Assembly (NCBI GenBank): GCA_024626585.2
Contig: JANKJI020000004.1
Span: forward strand, 145,343,141-145,362,749
Direction: 5' to 3'
Source of the DNA: Ginkgo biloba
Lineage: Eukaryota; Plantae; Ginkgophyta
Length of the DNA stretch: 19,609 nt
Shown here: in pieces, positions 1 through 11,398 of the stretch
How the letters are laid out: the number at the start of each line of letters is the position of its first letter
Position numbering within the stretch: the first letter of the stretch is position 1
The notes under the pieces: model-generated
Databases searched by the model: none
Told to the model about the DNA's origin: nothing
The model's input: only the letters and a program-made list of their open reading frames with translations
Program-made: the position numbers and the translations under genes

Positions 1-1241
1 AGTAAGAATTGATAAATACATTATAGGAATTTTTTTTACCTTGCTACTCGATCACTTTGAGCTAAGGATGCTCCCTCATCTGCCTCCATAATGGTAGAAA
101 TAATGGGCATGTATTTTTTTCTAAACCTCTCTTGAAAGGGAAAGTTGAACACATTTACCAATGCATGGAGCCTTATGACTCTCTCATTAAAAGGTTGAAT
201 AGAAAATGGTAGGTCAATAACTGAGCCTTTACCTAGTATAAGTGCTTTAAGAGGCTTTGGAAAGCCCCTCTAGAGCTTAAAAATTGCATGTTGGCCTGGT
301 CCATTCTTCATCATAGCTTGGCCATGAAAGAGTGATTTGTTAGAATGGGTCTGGGAAATACCAACTTCCCCTTCTGTGACCAACCTAAGATAATTAAGAA
401 CCTTTTTTGTTTTGTCCCTAGGCCAAACTGCTATGGCAATGGGTACGATAATTTACTGTCAGGATGGTTGTTAAAGAATTTAGCTTAGGGTTAGACCTGT
501 TGGGTGACATGGCTCCTTAGTCTATTACCTTTAGAGTAGGACTGCATGTTCTTTGAGCGAAGATCTTAGCGTAGATTTAGAAATCTTGAAATGATGATAT
601 TTTTAATGAAAAGATAATGAATTATATTTCTAATGACATTGTTGCTCATATCCTTGCTAACTATTCTGTGCAAATCAAAGTGCAAGTAGAAAAAGTCCAG
701 CTGGAATTGTAATACCTCCTGGAGCTTATTGACCATTAGGGGTCTTCCCCTTGCACCACTAGTAAGGTCCCCTTGAAACCCTCTTTCTCATAGTGCAGAG
801 ATCATAATAAGAGAAATAATTGGGGCTCTCAAAGACCTCATAGTGCACAATCCAGGTCTCTCAGCACTGTTCACTCCCCACGACCCCTATATTCTAGAGG
901 CAAGGATGGGGGGTATGGGAGTCAGTGCCCACTCTAGATATTTCTAGTTTTCCATTAAATCCTCCTCCAAATTATGGATGGGGTAATGGTATTGGTGAGG
1001 GGGAAGGAGGTGACATTCCACCACTATAATCATTCATGCTTATGCTTATGGATCTACTCTTATGATACCCAATTATGTTATTATGATAGGTTTATGATCA
1101 CAGTGCAATGCACCCATTTTTATGTAACCTGCACAGTAACAATGGGCATGCCTTTTTTTCATGTTGCCCTATTATGTTATATGATGTAATTTTTCCAACA
1201 TTTAAATAGAATAATTATACTTATTTGCAATAAAGAAAAAA
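1..1241 (+). mobile_element. Decayed 3' end of an L1-clade LINE (ORF2 zf-RVT domain, C-terminal extension and probable 3' UTR/A-rich tail)
   Basis: From 243: CFKRLWKAPLELKNCMLAWSILHHSLAMKE*FVRMGLGNTNFPFCDQPKIIKNLF, then a frameshift to CP*AKLLWQWVR. This matches the zf-RVT pattern W..LW....PK...F.W...H..L....C..C...E...HLF..CP.A...W. At 578, *KS*NDDIFNEK corresponds to the LINE motif IW..RN..IF with TGG>TAG and CGA>TGA. The 3' limit at AATAAAGAAAAAA (~1229-1241) is a guess. Confidence 0.8.
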
Positions 1242-2390
1242 TATTCTACATCTATAAATAATTTAATATGCATATTATTTTAGTTTTTTTTCTCTTTAGA
1301 AAAAAGAATAAAATTGAAGTGATTTATAATTAACTTGTAGTGATTTAAAAAATCTTAATAGTACATTAGAGTTACCCATGATAGTTTTAAGAAAACCCAT
1401 GATGAATTCTAGTTTTCATCGCACCTTATATCAAGTGCATAAAAACTAAGGAAATTAAATTGTTGATTCACTACAATAGAGTTATACACACAAACACACA
1501 TATATCTCAAAGGTTTTAGAAAATTTTGGGATGTTATATAGCTGAATTTTAAAGTTATTATTAACTATTCAATGTCTTATATATGATTTTATGTCACTTT
1601 TCTAAGGAACATAGTTGATGAGTATTTCTTTTAGCATGCCAATTATTAGTAAAGTGGGTTGGTGATTATATAATAAGTGAAATTCTATTTATTTATACAG
1701 AAGTTATTCATATTATTTAATATATTATTATTTAGAAATCCATGTATAATACTATAGGCTTGGAAAAATAAGGAGCATAATAACTAATGGAAGGAATATT
1801 AGAAAGTGTTATATCCATGGATAATTTATTTATTATAGGGTTTACTTTAGATAATGAAAATGATCAAGTAAAATAAATCAATCCATTAATAGAAAAGGAA
1901 CTATTAAAACCCTAGTGGATTAAAANNNNNNNNNNNNNNNNNNNNNNNNNNNNNNNNNNNNNNNNNNNNNNNNNNNNNNNNNNNNNNNNNNNNNNNNNNN
2001 NNNNNNNNNNNNNNNNNNNNNNNNNTTACTCTTAGGCATATCACATCCTACCTGCATGTATAAATTATCCTTACTTGAATTGCATTTTCATTTTAATTAT
2101 AAAGGAATAAATTAAATATTCTTTTCCCATCATTGACCGTTTTTATTAGTTATTTATTTTCATATCTTATGCCAGTTCCTTTGTATTTTCCTTTTTTCAT
2201 ATCTATAAGGCTCTTACATTAGACCCTATTTCTCATATGATATGTTAATATTCTATGTATAAATAGACTATTATCCAGTCCTATTTATAAGAAACAATCT
2301 TACAAGNNNNNNNNNNNNNNNNNNNNNNNNNNNNNNNNNNNNNNNNNNNNNNNNNNNNNNNNNNNNNNNNNNNNNNNNNNNNCTTTATCC

Positions 2391-3150
2391 ATGCCATCTA
2401 ATGAGATTGACCTTGATAGGTTTAAAGTTACAAGTGAAAATAATGAATATGATCAACTCTTAGATCTAGACATCCTATTGTATCAATATTTTCTCCCTAG
2501 GCTCCCTTAACAACATCCATGAACTAAGGTTTTATATTTACATTTTTAACTATTAGTATCCTAGTTGAAACTTCACCCTCTAATAAGGTCGTAACACTTA
2601 AGTTATAGTCATGAAAAGTTATAAAGTAACATTTAACTATGTATAGACATGAAAATTTTCTCAACCCCTTCACCCCATAATTTATAAACTATAAGCCAAA
2701 CAATTCCTCCCATTATGCCTCATCAATAATCCTCTGAGCCTCTCATTACTTCAACCACACAAGTGGGAACTCCAAGTTCACATGTGACCTATTTTATTTA
2801 TATGTTTCCAAGTTCTTATCTAAGGTAAACTTCCTACACCTCCTTGCACTATAATTTCTTAAAATAATCTAATTCAAAGGTCCAATGTTCATCCATTAAC
2901 CAAGCCTATAGTTTAATGACCCATAATTACCCCACCAAACACTTCTAGTCCTATTGATTTAGCATCCATTATGTAATAGTTGTCTTAAATTAAAATGAGT
3001 ATAGCCTCAATTAGTATAAAACCAATAATAAAAATGCTAATTATTCCTACTATAATCATTCCACCTACAACACAACCCATTCTTATAGAACTTATAAAAA
3101 TAATATCCAATTTATACTTTCCTACTACCACAACTATTCCTATTCCACTG
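2391..3150 (+). pseudogene. Heavily decayed Pro/Thr-rich reading frame, possibly the N-terminal part of a Tat/Ogre-type gag
   Basis: MPSNEIDLDRFKVTSENNEYDQLLDLDILLYQYFLPRLP*QHP*...TISQTIPPIMPHQ*SSEPLITSTTQVGTPSSHVT. The composition is coding-like and many stops could derive from CAA/CAG/CGA, but there is no diagnostic motif. Confidence 0.25.
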
Positions 3151-5363
3151 GTGTGAGGCCAAATTGGNNNNNNNNNNNNNNNNNNNNNNNNNNNNNNNNN
3201 NNNNNNNNNNNNNNNNNNNNNNNNNNNNNNNNNNNNNNNNNNNNNNNNNNNNNNNNNNNNNNNNNNNGAAAATATCAGGATTTTATGGCTTAGAAAATTT
3301 AAATGGATGTGTCTAAAATATCCTCTTAAGATCCTTGATGATCCATGGAACCAAATGTTAAATCAAGAAGGATTAATAGAAGTAGGTGCATTTTTTAAGT
3401 TCATAGTTCATAATTTTGGTGTTTATCTCGTGGCAGATCCTAAGCACAAAAAAACCAATGTAAATCCTCAAAAATCACCATATGCTAATAAGTCTTTCTA
3501 TGATTTTATGTCTCACTAAATAGTGTCATTAATGGCTATATTTAAGGATATTTATATGAAATCATTCTTTTCCATAATTCCATGTCAAATGATGGGACCT
3601 ATATTTACAGTTCCATGTGTTTCCCTTTTTATAAAAGATAAATGTTAACCCAAGTCTATTCTATGCATTTATGAATAAGATCCAAATCCTAAATCCTAAT
3701 GTCTAGATATAGGGCATTCCTATGACCTCACCTGGACCCCAAAAAAAGTCAAAGAAGATCAATAAATTTTTTATTATAAGGACCCACCTAAGAGTTTAAC
3801 AATATGGTATATTGGGGTAATGAGTGGTTAAAAAATATTCTCTCACCCCCATAGAACAAAGTTAGGAAATGATAGATGGTTAATTTAGGATTTATGTTCA
3901 AATTTTTAAAATATATTCTTTTAATTTTTTATATTTGGTGGAATGTGAACCTCGAAAGGTTCCTAAGGCCACATACTCGAAGATGAATTTAAAAGGAATT
4001 AACAAATTTGGTGTTTATTATTCTCGATCTTAAAATTGGTGTGACCTAAACACATTTCACCACATCTCCATGGACCTTATTTAATAATTAAATAACATTT
4101 GAGATATGTGTATAGTAGTTCAAAGGTGATTAAAATACATTTTAATGATAGACTCCATGAGGTAGAGTTAAAAACCTCAGTCTCTCTAGTTTATGGGGTA
4201 GAGAAGATAAGGTATAATTAATAAAGGATTTTCTAAGGATCCCTCCTCTTGAAACATGCTACCATCATATCCAATATCATCTTTGGTCATCAATGGATCA
4301 CTTGAAAAGAGAACGATTCTTAATGCACCCATACCTTTTCATAATGGCACTCATAGTTAAATTGCCATGCCTATAGTCACTTATAGGGAGTATAAGTGTC
4401 AGACAAGGATTCATTCCTACACTAATGAGGAGTGTTTAAATACTATTTTTTGAAGGATTCATTGTAAGGGTGGAGAGTATCTCACACTCAAGAATATAAG
4501 AAGTGGAAGGTCCACTAAAGCTAGAAGAGGAATACTCAAAGAGAATATTTTATGACTTGTAGAAACAACCTCAAGGAGAATATTTTAGTTATGTGGTCAT
4601 CCAAGAAAAGGATAAAAGGAGAGATAGTAGTTACCATATGATGAGGGGTAGTTGATCTTTGGGAGTGCTTCTTATTGGATTAAATTCAATATTTTTCCTC
4701 AATTCCTCTTCTCTATTCTTCACCTTTAGGTTTCTTCATGTCCCTCCTTACTAGCATTATTTTTCTATGGGGAAATTTCCTAGTTCTTATATTTCATACT
4801 CTTTTGATTTCTATTTTGTGTAATATTTATAGTTGTTCAACAACGTGAGGAAGTAAAGTATTTTAGAGAATTGATTTCAAGAAGGAGACACCTTGTTTAA
4901 TGAAAATAAGGNNNNNNNNNNNNNNNNNNNNNNNNNNNNNNNNNNNNNNNNNNNNNNNNNNNNNNNNNNNNNNNNNNNNNNNNNNNNNNNNNNNNNNNNN
5001 NNNNNNNNNNNCATGTAAGGTATACAAAAGATAAAAAATCATAACCTTTCTAAGATTGCACTTACATATCGATTATATTTACACTAGTTGGGATATTATT
5101 TCAAATTTATAGCATATAATCAAACAATCCATCTATATTACAGTATAGGGGTTATATGACATAAACAACCCATCAATAGGGTAATATTAATAGGTAATTG
5201 GCACATGACCTTATATTGCACATTCAAGCACACCATTTTTTTTCCATTGATACATTTACCATGAAATTGCTATACAATATTCTTCATCAGGAAGAAGATT
5301 AGAAAAAGTAATTATCGTAAATATAACTCTCAATATAGTTTCATAGATGGTTGGATAAAGGAA

Positions 5364-5500
5364 GACTGCAACACACATTGAGATTAGAGAATAGTTAAAT
5401 TTCATGTTTTTATCCTAGCATGGGGATAGGGTCATTCCATCCAACAATGAGAAAGGGATGACCGCAGCATACAATAAGATTAGAGAACAGTTAAATTTCA
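5364..5500 (+). repeat. Diverged 41-bp direct repeat pair, period 96 bp (5364-5404 and 5460-5500)
   Basis: gactgcaacacacattg-agattagagaatagttaaatttca versus gaccgcagcatacaata-agattagagaacagttaaatttca. The last 24 nt differ at one position. Confidence 0.85.
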
Positions 5501-5767
5501 GAATAATTTATTGAAGAATGCCACAAAGTCTGCAGCAAATGTGAAAACATGCCTTTTAGAAACCATCTTTCTTTCAATTAATAACTTCCAGCAAACAAAA
5601 CAATGCTTGGCCCACCATGAAGTTTGGCACGATGATAATATATGTTAGCAGTGTCCAAAGATTAGGCTTTGAAGCATTGAAAGAGAAAATGTTGTTGAGC
5701 TTGGGAAATGGATTTTCAAGCCTGAATTTATATAACTGAAGACAATGCACAAAGTTTGTTTATATTT

Positions 5768-6050
5768 GACGGTTTCAAATTGTCTGTGATCAAATGTTGT
5801 CCTTCGTTAATATCTTATAGGATTTTAGATTTATTTATTTATTTACATTATTAATAGTTAAATGGTGAGTGATTAAAATTATGTCCCGATTTACAAACAT
5901 CATTTGCATTTGGTGTGTGTTTAATCAATGCTTTGGTTTTACTATAACTCCTTAAAGCCAACTTATACACCTAAAAATAACATATAGAGTTTAACAGTTT
6001 TAGTTTGTTTGTGATCAAATGCTATTAATATCTAATAGATTTTAAGATTT
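5768..6050 (+). repeat. Diverged ~60-bp direct repeat pair about 225 bp apart
   Basis: Exact core tgtgatcaaatg at 5785-5796 and 6010-6021, each followed by ttaatatct(t/a)atag..tttta and preceded by similar gttt..ttgt(c/t) sequence. Confidence 0.7.
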
Positions 6051-7967
6051 TAAATTTGTTCATGATGCATTACGCAATCCACTTTGAGTTAATTATGGGA
6101 TGATTGGGAATTCAACCTTGTGCTAATTGAACACTAGTACTAATATTTTCATTATATATAGTTATGTTGACCCATAAATAAGGCGTCATTTTCCTAGAAA
6201 CAACTACCACAAGATCAAATGAATTTTGAAATATATCACCTAAAGTAAGGATTAGAGAAATATTATACTTTGTCGAAGATGAGATGTACCAATGCAATCA
6301 AAATAATTGAATCCTTAAGTCTTGAGTGGATAATTTATTTCTACATCTAAGGATTATTGAACCATTCAAAATCACACTAATACCATCTTTTGATTATTGT
6401 AGGTTGAAAGTATTTGAGCATTGTGTGAAGTTGGTGATTGATTGCCTTCAATTTTTTTCCTTTGAGAAGATGAAGTTATGAAAAGGATAGTTCTCAGACC
6501 CAAGTGAGAAATATATTTTCATGAATAAGTACCCATATTGATGAATTATACAAATTCATCAAGATTTAGAGTTTGGGAGAATCAATTTGGAATTAGAAAA
6601 GAACATTAAGAGATCCCCAAAAGTTTGAAGGAAGCTTGCAGACCCGATTAAGGAATCAAATATGCTCTATATGGATATCACATACACAAGTAGTATACGA
6701 TAAACATTAGAGTTTAAAGGATGGGGGTATTTGTAGAAGTCATATTCAAGAATATTATGGGATAACATATACCTAAATAAATTATATGTACATATTGATT
6801 GAGATTTAGGTACACTTTATCAAAATGTGAAAAGGAAGGGTTTAGAATTTGATCTTCATAGTCTATGAAAAAATAAGTGTGAATGTTCCCTAATCTCTGT
6901 GGACCTAAAAAATATGTCTTCTAGATTTTATGAATGGTTAATCTATATTAGGATCTTGGTATTTTGGTGAGAGGATTATTTTTCCAATGTGTTATTGATN
7001 NNNNNNNNNNNNNNNTGACCAATATTTTAAAGGGAGAAAAAATGGGACCCACAAATTTAAATATGGGGAATGTGGTAACATGAGAGCGAAGATCATTTCA
7101 ACTAATTTATATTCAACATATTTCATATATGTTAGATGGGAAATTTGTCTCACGTATCAAGTGAACTTCTTGGCATAACATGGAGTTAGTTCCCAAGGTG
7201 GCATATTGTATCCTTCATATTTATTGGGGTTTCCTTATTAATGAGCCAGTTTAAAAAAAAAAAATCTTTGATAAAATTAGCCAATTCTTGAATGAGAGTT
7301 CATACTTCTAAATAAAAATAACAAATGAGAAAATAGTGATCTAATCTATTATAGTTGAGTGTTCCTTCATCAAATAGAGTGTATTGCAGTGGTAATTATC
7401 ATGGCTAAGAGAGACATAAGAGGATTAAGTGTTTGGGCTTTCAAAGTTACACCAATGGTTGAAATCATAGATACTTAAGATACTTATCAATTGGGTTCCA
7501 TACTTCTATTTAAAGAATTCATGCAATTTTTAGAGTAAATAAGGTAAGATTATTTATTATGATAGTTTGGATTGGTTTGAAAAACAACATTAACTGAAGT
7601 GTTGTCATATTGACATTTNNNNNNNNNNNNNNNNNNNNNNNNNNNNNNNNNNNNNNNNNNNNNNNNNNNNNNNNNNNNNNNNNNNNNNNNNNNNNNNNNN
7701 NNNNNNNNNNNNNNNNNNNNNNNNNNNNNNNNNNNNNNNNNNNNNNNNNNNNNNNNNNNNNNNNNNNNNNNNNNNNNNNNNNNNNNNNNNNNNNNNNNNN
7801 NNNNNNNNNNNNNNNNNNNNNNNNNNNNNNNNNNNNNNNNNNNNNNNNNNNNNNNNNNNNNNNNNNNNNNNNNNNNNNNNNNNNNNNNNNNNNNNNNNNN
7901 NNNNNNNNNNNNNNNNNNNNNNNNNNNNNNNNNNNNNNNNNNNNNNNNNNNNNNNNNNNNNNNNNNN

Positions 7968-9418
7968 ATATGATGGAGAAGGGCCAATATTATCACTAAT
8001 GCAGTCTCCCACCATCTTATTGAGTTTACCCAAAGTCATCATTTTCACATGATGTCCTATGTCATGTACGAAATTCTATTTTATTAAAATCTCTATGGAT
8101 TACCCTACAATATTATAAATTATAAGGAGAAAGGATTACAAGTCCTATTCAATTATCCTAAGGTCTGGAGAGAAAAATGCAAAGGTTATTCTTGTCAAAT
8201 CAATGACAAATTTTGGTATAAAATATTTTATATTCTAGAGAACTACAAACCTCCAAGGGTTATTTTTGTTGCACAGGATGTACTAAGAGGCAATAGGTAT
8301 TGGTTCTTAAAGAAATACTACATATATATTCACCTATATGGTTTTCAAGGAAATACTTATCGCCTTCCCAAGTTTGTGAATGATCAAACTCTATTATCAT
8401 AGGTATGGAGACAAATACATTATTTTTATTACAATTTTTTTTAGAAATGGAAAAATTCTTCTTTTCATTCTTTTCCCTTTAATTTTAGGGAGATTAATAT
8501 TACAAGCATTAGCCAAGTGAGAGAACATGTGGTTGAAATAAGGAGTCTTATATTTGAGGATGTGTAGGGAAGAAATTATGACCCAAAGGGTATTTTTTCC
8601 CAACATTATGAATTACACCACTATTATATACCCAAGATAGAAGATGATTTCATAGCCCTAATGGATTATGACTGGGTGGCTCATAAGAGATGAGGTAGTG
8701 TCACACCTATGACCAATCTAGAAACATCTAGTTCCTCAATAACCAGTGATGTTGTAGATGAGTTGAAACATTTGGAGTTATAGGAAGTGAATCCTAAGAG
8801 ATATGTATCATATGCATATGGTGATTCACAAAGAGATTTTATTTTGAAAGTAGATAATGGTGGTGAGTAATTTTCCACCGTAGATTAATATAGAACCAAC
8901 CTTAGAGTTGCAAAGAAGAAGAAGATATCATAAATGGAAGTTGGTGATGATGATAATGGCAATGAGCCTGATAATAGGACAAATCATAAGAAAATACATG
9001 AAGAGGATATATCCCTTATGAAGAATAAAATATCTTCTAGAAGTCAAGGCTCAAGGGATTCATTATCTAAGAGAAAATTAATAATCAATCTTGGATCACC
9101 TAACCTTTCCTACGCCTAGGATAATCAAAACCCTATTACAACACAACAAAACAAAGAGGTGGTGATTAGGTAAAATATTCAAGTAAAATTAGAACTCAAC
9201 CCCTAGTTGGTAGAATTGATAAACCAACGTGTGACTCCTAATACATAAGGTACTTTATTCACTCTTGACTTTAGTCAATAACATGCTTCTTTTGAGTTTG
9301 ATGTAGATAAGAATAATGTCTTGATTATTTCATCGAAACCCAAGGATTCAAAATTGAAGGTAATAGTCACATCAATAAAAATTACAATCTAAGAAACTAT
9401 GATTTATGTGAATCAATT
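7968..9418 (+). pseudogene. Fossil ~480-codon ORF of unknown function, probably a retrotransposon accessory (extra) ORF
   Basis: One frame runs from gap to gap with no apparent frameshift and about 15 in-frame stops: RANIITNAVSHHLIEFTQSHHFHMMSYVMYEILFY*...YPKVWREKCKGYSCQINDKFWYKIFYILENYKPPRVIFVAQDVLRGNRYWFLKKYYIYIHLYGFQGNTYRLPKFVNDQTLLS*VWRQIH...FPFNF...RNYDPKGIF, followed by a charged low-complexity tail. Track ORF 8934..9119 is in this same frame. Confidence 0.75.
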
Positions 9419-10723
9419 NNNNNNNNNNNNNNNNNNNNNNNNNNNNNNNNNNNNNNNNNNNNNNNNNNNNNNNNNNNNNNNNNNNNNNNNNNNNNNNNNN
9501 NNNNNNNNNNNNNNNNNNCCACTTTTGTGATCATTAAAAAGAGGGCACTACTAATTATCAAAAACTAGATTTTCACATACAAAATATCCTATTTTCTCTA
9601 GTAGAAAATGTTTGAACCCCTTACATCTCATTTTTATTTTAATTTATAGCCTCCACATGGGAGTGCTTTATAAGTACTCATAAATTATTCTTTCTTTCAG
9701 TCACATTTAGTTAACATGCACACTCTTTTTTCTTACTTATCTCATTTCATATTGTAACTACTTCAACAATTATCAATTATAATGAGAATTACCTTCACCT
9801 TATTTTATTTCTTGACATGTTCCCTTAAGGGACTTCCTAAGGAGGGAGGATTTTTCCTTATGGAATGAAGGGATTTAGGGATAGATAAGGAGGTGGAAGT
9901 GCCTCCAATGATAATATAGGGAGGTTACTTTTCTAAATATACCCTTTCAATTCCACTAATAGATGGTTCATATTGGACTAATGTAACTAGCTCACGTATA
10001 ATGGATTTAATAAACTCCTTCCTTAGGGTAATGGAAAGAGGAATGTGGACTTGATCTTCATCTTCCCCTTGAGTAATGATTTCAATAGGCCTCATATGAT
10101 ATATAAAGGGCCTCATTGACTCTAAGAACATCTCTATGAGTTATTATTGTATAAGGACTAAGGTCTATTATGCTAAATTGGGGTCAGGAAGACGTTTTAC
10201 TATTTCAGAAGGCCGATGGATTTTCTACATTCTTGGTGGTTAAGAGACTACCATGTGTGGGGAGGAAGATTAGATAAGGTCCTTGAGAGGTGGCTCCCAC
10301 TTTATATTCATGGATCTTAGCTAGCACTATTTCTTCCCTGAATGGGTCAGAGACTAGGATTTATATGAGTGTGAGTAGAATCATATAATCTTATCTTTCA
10401 CTAAGTCTTGTTCCTGCCAATTATAGTCCTTTATTTCTTGTCCCTACATGGGATATCTTGTGATTTTATTAATTAAAGGTCCATAAATAGGAATGAAATT
10501 AGCAAAGAACCCAAATATCCCATTATCAAATCAATAGATCATTTTTACTATAATAGGATCTGATAGATATAAAATTAGGGTCTACGACTATGATAATACC
10601 CTAAATTTTTCCAATAGTAGGTACTCACTACTATGTTATCCTCTATTAATCACTATAATAATCCTCTATGATTCTTGAGAATATATTCCCAATTAATACT
10701 TACTTTCTTTAGTAACCCAAAAA

Positions 10724-10736
10724 GATTAGGTTGTCA
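10724..10736 (-). promoter_or_regulatory. Decayed primer-binding-site candidate (copy A)
   Basis: Minus strand reads ...ATTTTCA-gata-TGACAACCTAATC, in the same position relative to the LTR end as in copy B. Differences from TGGCGACC are G>A transitions. Confidence 0.35.
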
Positions 10737-10740
10737 TATC

Positions 10741-11398
10741 TGAAAATGGAAAAATATTTTTTATAAGGAAAGTTTTTTAAAACTAGAGACCTTATTGGTG
10801 CTAATGCACTACTTCTAATTCCTCAAGCAGACTATTCATAGATTATGAACAAACGATTTAAAGAAATAAATAAATAAATAAATCCCAAGTATATACCACT
10901 TATGGTGATGCTATGGCTTATTTCATGCAAGGTGACTGAGATTTAAATGGGCGCAAGTAGTGGAAGGTGGGAGCAAAAAATTTAAAGACATTAAAATAAC
11001 TTATTCTTCGACGGCCATGACAGTGAATTTTTGCCACATGTTAGGGCCTGATCGGTTGTCGGTTGCCACGTCATTACCGTGATGAGATGCCATGCATGCT
11101 TTAGGACGAGTCTCGAGACACGCCATTAATGTCCGTCGCAAGATATTGTGAATGCACCAATATTGCCATCGCCTTGGGCTTTACTAAGCTCCCTTGATGA
11201 CTGAGGTTGAAGGAGAGTTTCCAGTGAAAGTGACACACCTCCCTGAGAACTTATCACTCCTTGGTAGCTGTGGGACTTCTTGATTGGATCAAGGAGAAGA
11301 TACCTTCCTAGGGAAGGTTGCTTCTTGGGCAAATGAGTGATTTCCCGCATTCCTTCTTTTTAATCCTGTGCTTTGGTGCACGTCTTAAATGCTTCTTT
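10741..11398 (-). repeat. Putative LTR (copy A), right end lost in the N gap (expected at ~11445)
   Basis: Starts TGAAAATGG at 10741 and aligns to 12388-13045. It retains GCCACGTCA (11065-11073) and ATTTAAAT (10941-10948). Confidence 0.55.

Noticed and set aside
974-1189. 71-aa ORF as a host gene
   Set aside because: Lies in the probable LINE 3' region, has low-complexity Y/C/M composition and no motif.
3268-4843. Possible LTR (TTTAAATAC at ~4435 followed by ttcattgtaaggg, pyrimidine-rich tract, ...TTCAACA near 4841) and ORF 3307..3519
   Set aside because: LTR-like texture only. No second copy, PBS, PPT or TSD to delimit it, and the ORF has no motif.
5364-5500. Repeat-spacer-repeat as a mini CRISPR
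   Set aside because: Only two diverged copies, eukaryotic TE context and no cas genes.
7550-8048. Track ORFs 7550..7996, 7605..8048 and 7610..7999
   Set aside because: Almost entirely X from the N gap 7619-7967, so they are artefacts.
8397-8878. Minus-strand ORFs 8397..8606 and 8681..8878
   Set aside because: Antisense shadows of the plus-strand fossil ORF.
9551-9620. tagattttca at ~9566-9575 as the end of a third LTR copy
   Set aside because: A 10-nt match in AT-rich DNA, about 240 bp from the expected position, and the flanks do not align convincingly.
10864-10883. (AAAT)5 microsatellite
   Set aside because: Real but trivial. It corresponds to a GAAA-rich tract at ~12509-12526 in the other LTR copy.
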